DNA of 20,000 nt from an uncultured virus (IMG/VR IMGVR_UViG_3300038423_000106) (lineage: Duplodnaviria > Heunggongvirae > Uroviricota > Caudoviricetes): the IMG/VR virus record IMGVR_UViG_3300038423_000106; one strand, given 5' to 3'. The position numbers and the translations under genes are program-made. Below the pieces are notes generated by a model. That model worked only from the letters and a program-made list of their open reading frames with translations, had not been told where the DNA came from and did no database searches. How positions within the stretch are numbered: the stretch's first letter is position 1; each line of letters begins with the position of its first letter. Positions 16,957 through 20,000 of the stretch are shown one piece after another.

Positions 16957-18399
16957 TCACGGTATCCCCTGCGACGGCGGCTGCGGCGAGTAGACTACGT
17001 TCGTCGGCCCGAAGGCCGTCTGCGCCGTGCACGTCATCGAGAATATTCGCGACGGCGCGTCGAAGTTCACGGTCAGGTCGCTGATTCCGGTGACATACGG
17101 TGTGCCCAGAATCCTCTGCTGGAGCAGCAAACTGACTTGTTGCGTGGCCGACCCCGGGGCGCCGAGCATCTTCTGGAACATCGGCGTCCCGTCCAGCACG
17201 CTCTCCCACCACTCGCCCATGAATAAATCGATAATTGTCTTTATCGCCTGCGCGACGGCGTAGACGTTCGAGTAGTAGCTGGTCCAGACCGGGTCGTTGT
17301 TCGGCCCGAGCGTGCGGTAGGTGAAGACGTTCGCGGTCTGCGCGGAGGTTGCCGAACCCTGGCCGCTGGCAGTCGTTCCCGCGCTGCCGGAAGGTGGGAG
17401 CACCGTCAGAGTGAAGTCCTGCGTGGCCGTGCCGTTGGTGTTCGAGGCGGTGAACATGAGGCCGTAGACTCCCGTGGCCCCGAAGTTGACCAGGCCGCCC
17501 AGCGCCGCCGTGCCGTCGCCGTTGTCGTGGAAGGTCACTCCCGCGGGCAGTGTGCCAACACTCGTGAGACTCGGAGCGGGCGAACCGCTCGTGGTCACGG
17601 CGAATGCGCTGTTCGCGCCTGCAGTGAATGTGGCGTTGGCCGGGCTGGTGAACGCCGGGGCCGTGCCCGTTCCGGCGGCGAACGCCATCGCCACCGTGCC
17701 CCAATAAGGCTCCGTCCCGGTGAAGGCCGCCGTGGTCTGTCCAGGTGCTGCGTTTAACTGGTATTCCACCTGCCCGTAGGTGGCCACGGTCGCGCTGATG
17801 CCGAGCGTGTAGCCGCTTCCGGCCGTGAGGTTCGTCGACCCCGCTCCGGCCGCGCTCAGGATGACGAGGATCAAGTCCGCGTTCGCCGTCGTCAACCCGA
17901 ACGGGACGTCGGGCGTTCCGCCCGTGCCGCTGTTCGACACCCCCGAGATGTCATCGGACGCGCCGGACATCACCAACTCGGTGACGATCGGGTATTCTAT
18001 CCCGCCGACTTCCGCGATGACGTACTCCACGGAGACCGTCCCGCTCCCGCCGCCCTCGTTGATCGCCTCCACCGTGATCGTCTGCGACGGGCTCATCGGG
18101 GGCGCGTTGGCGATCCACCAAAGCGTCGAGCCGGCCACGTCGTTCCCCGCGTCCTGGGCGAAGCTGCTCGGCCCGTCCAGACCGCTCGTGAACGTGCCGC
18201 CGTAGCCTCCAGAGACGACGGGCGCGTTCATCGCCACGCCGCCCGTGTTCGACGACACGAAAGCCACCAGTAGCAGCAGGCTCGCGTTCGTAGTTGGCGA
18301 GGTGAATCCTCCGGCGCTGGACGTGATCGTGCCGAGGGATGACACGATGCCAGATGCCGAGCCTCCCTGCTTCCACGCCTGCAACAGGCTGGCGGCCAT
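16957..18399 (-). CDS. Baseplate wedge/sheath-initiator (gp46/gp25-like) C-terminal domain fused to an N-terminal beta-rich domain and a putative Ig (He_PIG-like) domain, 480 aa
   Basis: Start MAASLLQAW at 18399 (TAATG overlap with the spike stop). C-terminal ~120 aa YRTL..NND...AVAQAIKT..DLFMGEWW....GTPM.Q..LG...ILGTPYVTGI match the small gene normally found between spike and baseplate J. APAFTSP...GTLPAGVTFHDNGDGTA.L.G...FTASN..GTATQDFTLTV is a putative Ig domain. Confidence 0.8.
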   Translation of the reverse strand: MAASLLQAWKQGGSASGIVSSLGTITSSAGGFTSPTTNASLLLLVAFVSSNTGGVAMNAPVVSGGYGGTFTSGLDGPSSFAQDAGNDVAGSTLWWIANAPPMSPSQTITVEAINEGGGSGTVSVEYVIAEVGGIEYPIVTELVMSGASDDISGVSNSGTGGTPDVPFGLTTANADLILVILSAAGAGSTNLTAGSGYTLGISATVATYGQVEYQLNAAPGQTTAAFTGTEPYWGTVAMAFAAGTGTAPAFTSPANATFTAGANSAFAVTTSGSPAPSLTSVGTLPAGVTFHDNGDGTAALGGLVNFGATGVYGLMFTASNTNGTATQDFTLTVLPPSGSAGTTASGQGSATSAQTANVFTYRTLGPNNDPVWTSYYSNVYAVAQAIKTIIDLFMGEWWESVLDGTPMFQKMLGAPGSATQQVSLLLQQRILGTPYVTGISDLTVNFDAPSRIFSMTCTAQTAFGPTNVVYSPQPPSQGIP

Positions 18400-19079
18400 T
18401 ACGGGTTCTCCGGCGCGCCCGTCTGCCCGCTGCCCACGGGGTGGACGTGCGTCGAGTAGGTCGTCGAGTCGTTCACTATCGTGCCGTTGACCACGAGGTT
18501 TCCGGTCACGCCAAGGTTCCCGGTCACGGTTATGCCGAGGCTGCTCGCAGTCAGCTTTATCGTTCCGGAAAGGTTGCGGAGTTCGGCAGAGGAGGTGTTG
18601 TAGTCGGGGATCGGCACGGCGGCCGAGTGAGGCCTGAAGATCGCCACGCCGTCGGCGAAGTTGTGCCGCCTGAGCGGAGGAAGCTGCACGTTGTTCGCTC
18701 CGCCAGACTGCCGCCACGCGTCCAGCGCGTTGTCGTTGAAGATGACGAAGCATTCGTCGCCGGCCTGGATCGGGAATGTCTGGAGCCACCCTCCGCCGCC
18801 CGCGACCACGACGGTGGCGCGAAACGGGTGCGTCCACTTGAAGTCCTGGGGCGTCATCACGCCGCCCACGTTCTGGTAGGTCTTCTCCATCACCGCAGGG
18901 AGCACGGTCACGATGGGCGGAGTGGTTGCTCCGTCCCCGGGGTCGAACTTCTGGACGATGCAGACCATGGCCACTCGCAGGGAAGCCATCGCCTGCTTGA
19001 CGGCGCTCCCCACCTCGTCGGTCGGGAGCCCGAGCCACTGCGAAAGCGAGAGGAAGTCGAGCGTCTGCCCGTTGCTCAT
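18399..19079 (-). CDS. Baseplate central spike, Gp138/gpV-like (OB-fold, beta-helix, HxH apex)
   Basis: Start reassigned to MSNGQTLDF (ATG at 19079, ATGA overlap with the hub stop). Motifs LRVAM..IVQKFD, GGGGW.QTFPI.AGDEC.VIF.D..LDAW.QSGG, RRHNFADG.AI and C-terminal THVH are characteristic of Gp138-type spikes. Confidence 0.88.
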   Translation of the reverse strand: MSNGQTLDFLSLSQWLGLPTDEVGSAVKQAMASLRVAMVCIVQKFDPGDGATTPPIVTVLPAVMEKTYQNVGGVMTPQDFKWTHPFRATVVVAGGGGWLQTFPIQAGDECFVIFNDNALDAWRQSGGANNVQLPPLRRHNFADGVAIFRPHSAAVPIPDYNTSSAELRNLSGTIKLTASSLGITVTGNLGVTGNLVVNGTIVNDSTTYSTHVHPVGSGQTGAPENP

Positions 19080-20000
19080 TGCGACGACCCGATCAGCTTC
19101 GTGATCAGCGCGCCCTGGTTGACCGCGCCCTTGATGTCCGTCTGCCACAGGTCGCCGCGCGAATCGCCCCTATGCCTCACCTGGAGGACGGCGTACTTCA
19201 GCGGAGGGCTGAGCGGGTACGGCGGGTAGCCGGCGGCGTTCGGCTGGTACGGTATCTGCTCGATGAGAGCCTGGTCGATGGACACCACCTGGAGCGGCAG
19301 CTTCGTCACCACGAACGGGTTGAGCAGCACGGAGAAATCTACTCCGTTCTGGTTCTGGACCGGCGTTCCGAGCAGCCCGTTGGACGGGGTGAATGTGAAG
19401 TCCGAGGTGGCCGTGTCCACCCCCTCCGCCGGGTCGCCGACGTAGATGCCGGTGTCCGTCGCGGCCAGTCCGCGCTGCTTCATGAACCAGACGAGGTCGT
19501 TCGCCTTCGTGATCTCGTCCAGCACCTGCGCCGGGTTCCCCGCCACAACGCTGTCGTACTTCAGCTGCGTGTCGCTCAGCTTGGACGGCAGCGGGGTTTC
19601 TAAATGCAGCCCGAGCGACTCGATCATCGAGGTCACGATCTGCGCCTGGTTGAACCCGGAGTACACGGCGCTCAATGTCTGCCCGTTGATCGCCTGGAGC
19701 AGCCCGATTATGCAGTGCAGCGTCAGCCGGTAATCGGTGACGTTCTCCCGCGTCCACGTCGGCTGGAGGATCGGACCCTGCCAGATGATGCCGTAGTTGC
19801 CGTTCTGGTACCCGGCGCTCAGGATGACGTTCATCCCCGGCTTGACCGCGTAGGCGTCCTTGATCAGCCCGATGGAGGTCGCCGGCCCGAGGTTGTAGAT
19901 GTCGATGTCGGCGAACCAGTAGGCGTTCTGGAAAACCAGCGTGCGCACGTCGAAGGTGATGCGCAGCGCCTCCGGCTCGAACGAGCTGTCGCTGACCGTG
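19076..20000 (-). CDS. Phage baseplate hub / tail protein (Mu gp44/gpD-like), 5' end outside window
   Basis: Frame stays open from 19948 to the window edge (TVSDSSFEPEALRITFDVRTLVFQNAYWFADIDIYNL). Motifs LRITFDV..A.IDIYNL, VILSAGY...YGIIW.G, GLLGTP and H.GDSRG.LWQT are typical of myophage hub proteins. Lies directly upstream of the spike gene. Confidence 0.8.
   Translation of the reverse strand, partial: TVSDSSFEPEALRITFDVRTLVFQNAYWFADIDIYNLGPATSIGLIKDAYAVKPGMNVILSAGYQNGNYGIIWQGPILQPTWTRENVTDYRLTLHCIIGLLQAINGQTLSAVYSGFNQAQIVTSMIESLGLHLETPLPSKLSDTQLKYDSVVAGNPAQVLDEITKANDLVWFMKQRGLAATDTGIYVGDPAEGVDTATSDFTFTPSNGLLGTPVQNQNGVDFSVLLNPFVVTKLPLQVVSIDQALIEQIPYQPNAAGYPPYPLSPPLKYAVLQVRHRGDSRGDLWQTDIKGAVNQGALITKLIGSSQ

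Larger units (their letters stand above)
1..20000 (-). mobile_element. Part of a myovirus-like phage/prophage or phage-tail-derived element (baseplate and fibre module)
   Basis: Canonical hub-spike-wedge-J-DUF2612-fibre gene order in one co-oriented, tightly coupled operon. Confidence 0.85.

Noticed and set aside
16859..16960. Minus-strand 33-aa ORF (MIIWAFCISCMCEGVLASPSDLKMFQRKNYVRT) with GTGA overlap
   Set aside because: It overlaps the plus-strand 48-aa ORF, which has two CxxC pairs, a -10 box and fits the gap exactly. Not fully excluded.
14352..16993. Long plus-strand and alternative-frame ORFs (e.g. 14352..15446, 14362..15450, 15743..16993, also 4862..5758 and 5752..6732)
   Set aside because: Antisense or frame shadows of high-GC genes, with no recognisable motifs.
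18400..19038. N-terminal extension making a 693-aa ORF (16957..19038)
   Set aside because: It overlaps the spike gene in another frame and has Arg-rich shadow composition. The ATG at 18399 gives a clean TAATG coupling. The same logic trims the ORF-track starts at 19148, 15578, 14016, 6714, 5039 and 3270.
1..20000. CRISPR array, tRNA/rRNA, IS elements, intrinsic terminators
   Set aside because: No regularly spaced repeats, RNA gene signatures, transposase ORFs or hairpin-plus-U-tract seen. The window is almost fully coding.
14394..20000. Classical eCIS (Afp/PVC) or T6SS locus
   Set aside because: Gene order and families (Gp138-like spike, DUF2612) are myophage-type, and no Afp- or Tss-specific genes are visible. 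A tailocin-like derivative cannot be excluded from this window alone.

Overview
GC-rich window covering the tail end of a myovirus-type (contractile tail) late operon. Almost everything is on the minus strand, and the genes are tightly coupled (ATGA/TAATG/TGATG overlaps or gaps of 2-15 bp). In transcription order (right to left): baseplate hub (truncated), Gp138/gpV-like spike, a gp46/gp25-like wedge protein with extra N-terminal domains, baseplate J, a DUF2612-like wedge protein and a short tail-fibre protein. Eight consecutive genes (about 13.8 kb) follow, and ALL start with Sec-type signal peptides (the last is a lipoprotein). They are a 1323-aa fibre-like protein, a CHB_HEX_C-like protein, an intact S53 sedolisin-type protease, a fibre-tip-like protein, a tandem-repeat/FN3 protein, a beta-helix depolymerase-like protein, a CBM5/12-like repeat protein and an FN3 lipoprotein. 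The protein styles suggest an Acidobacteriota host (inference). Additional signals: a 48-aa antisense CxxC..CxxC zinc-ribbon gene with its own TATAAT box inside the baseplate operon (missed by the ORF track), a 14-bp palindrome CTGCAAATTTGCAG found four times (three at gene starts), and orphan FN3 'A-strand' C-terminal tags that may pair with FN3 domains lacking that strand. No capsid, terminase or integrase is in the window, so phage versus tailocin/eCIS cannot be decided. All family calls come from motif recognition, not database searches.
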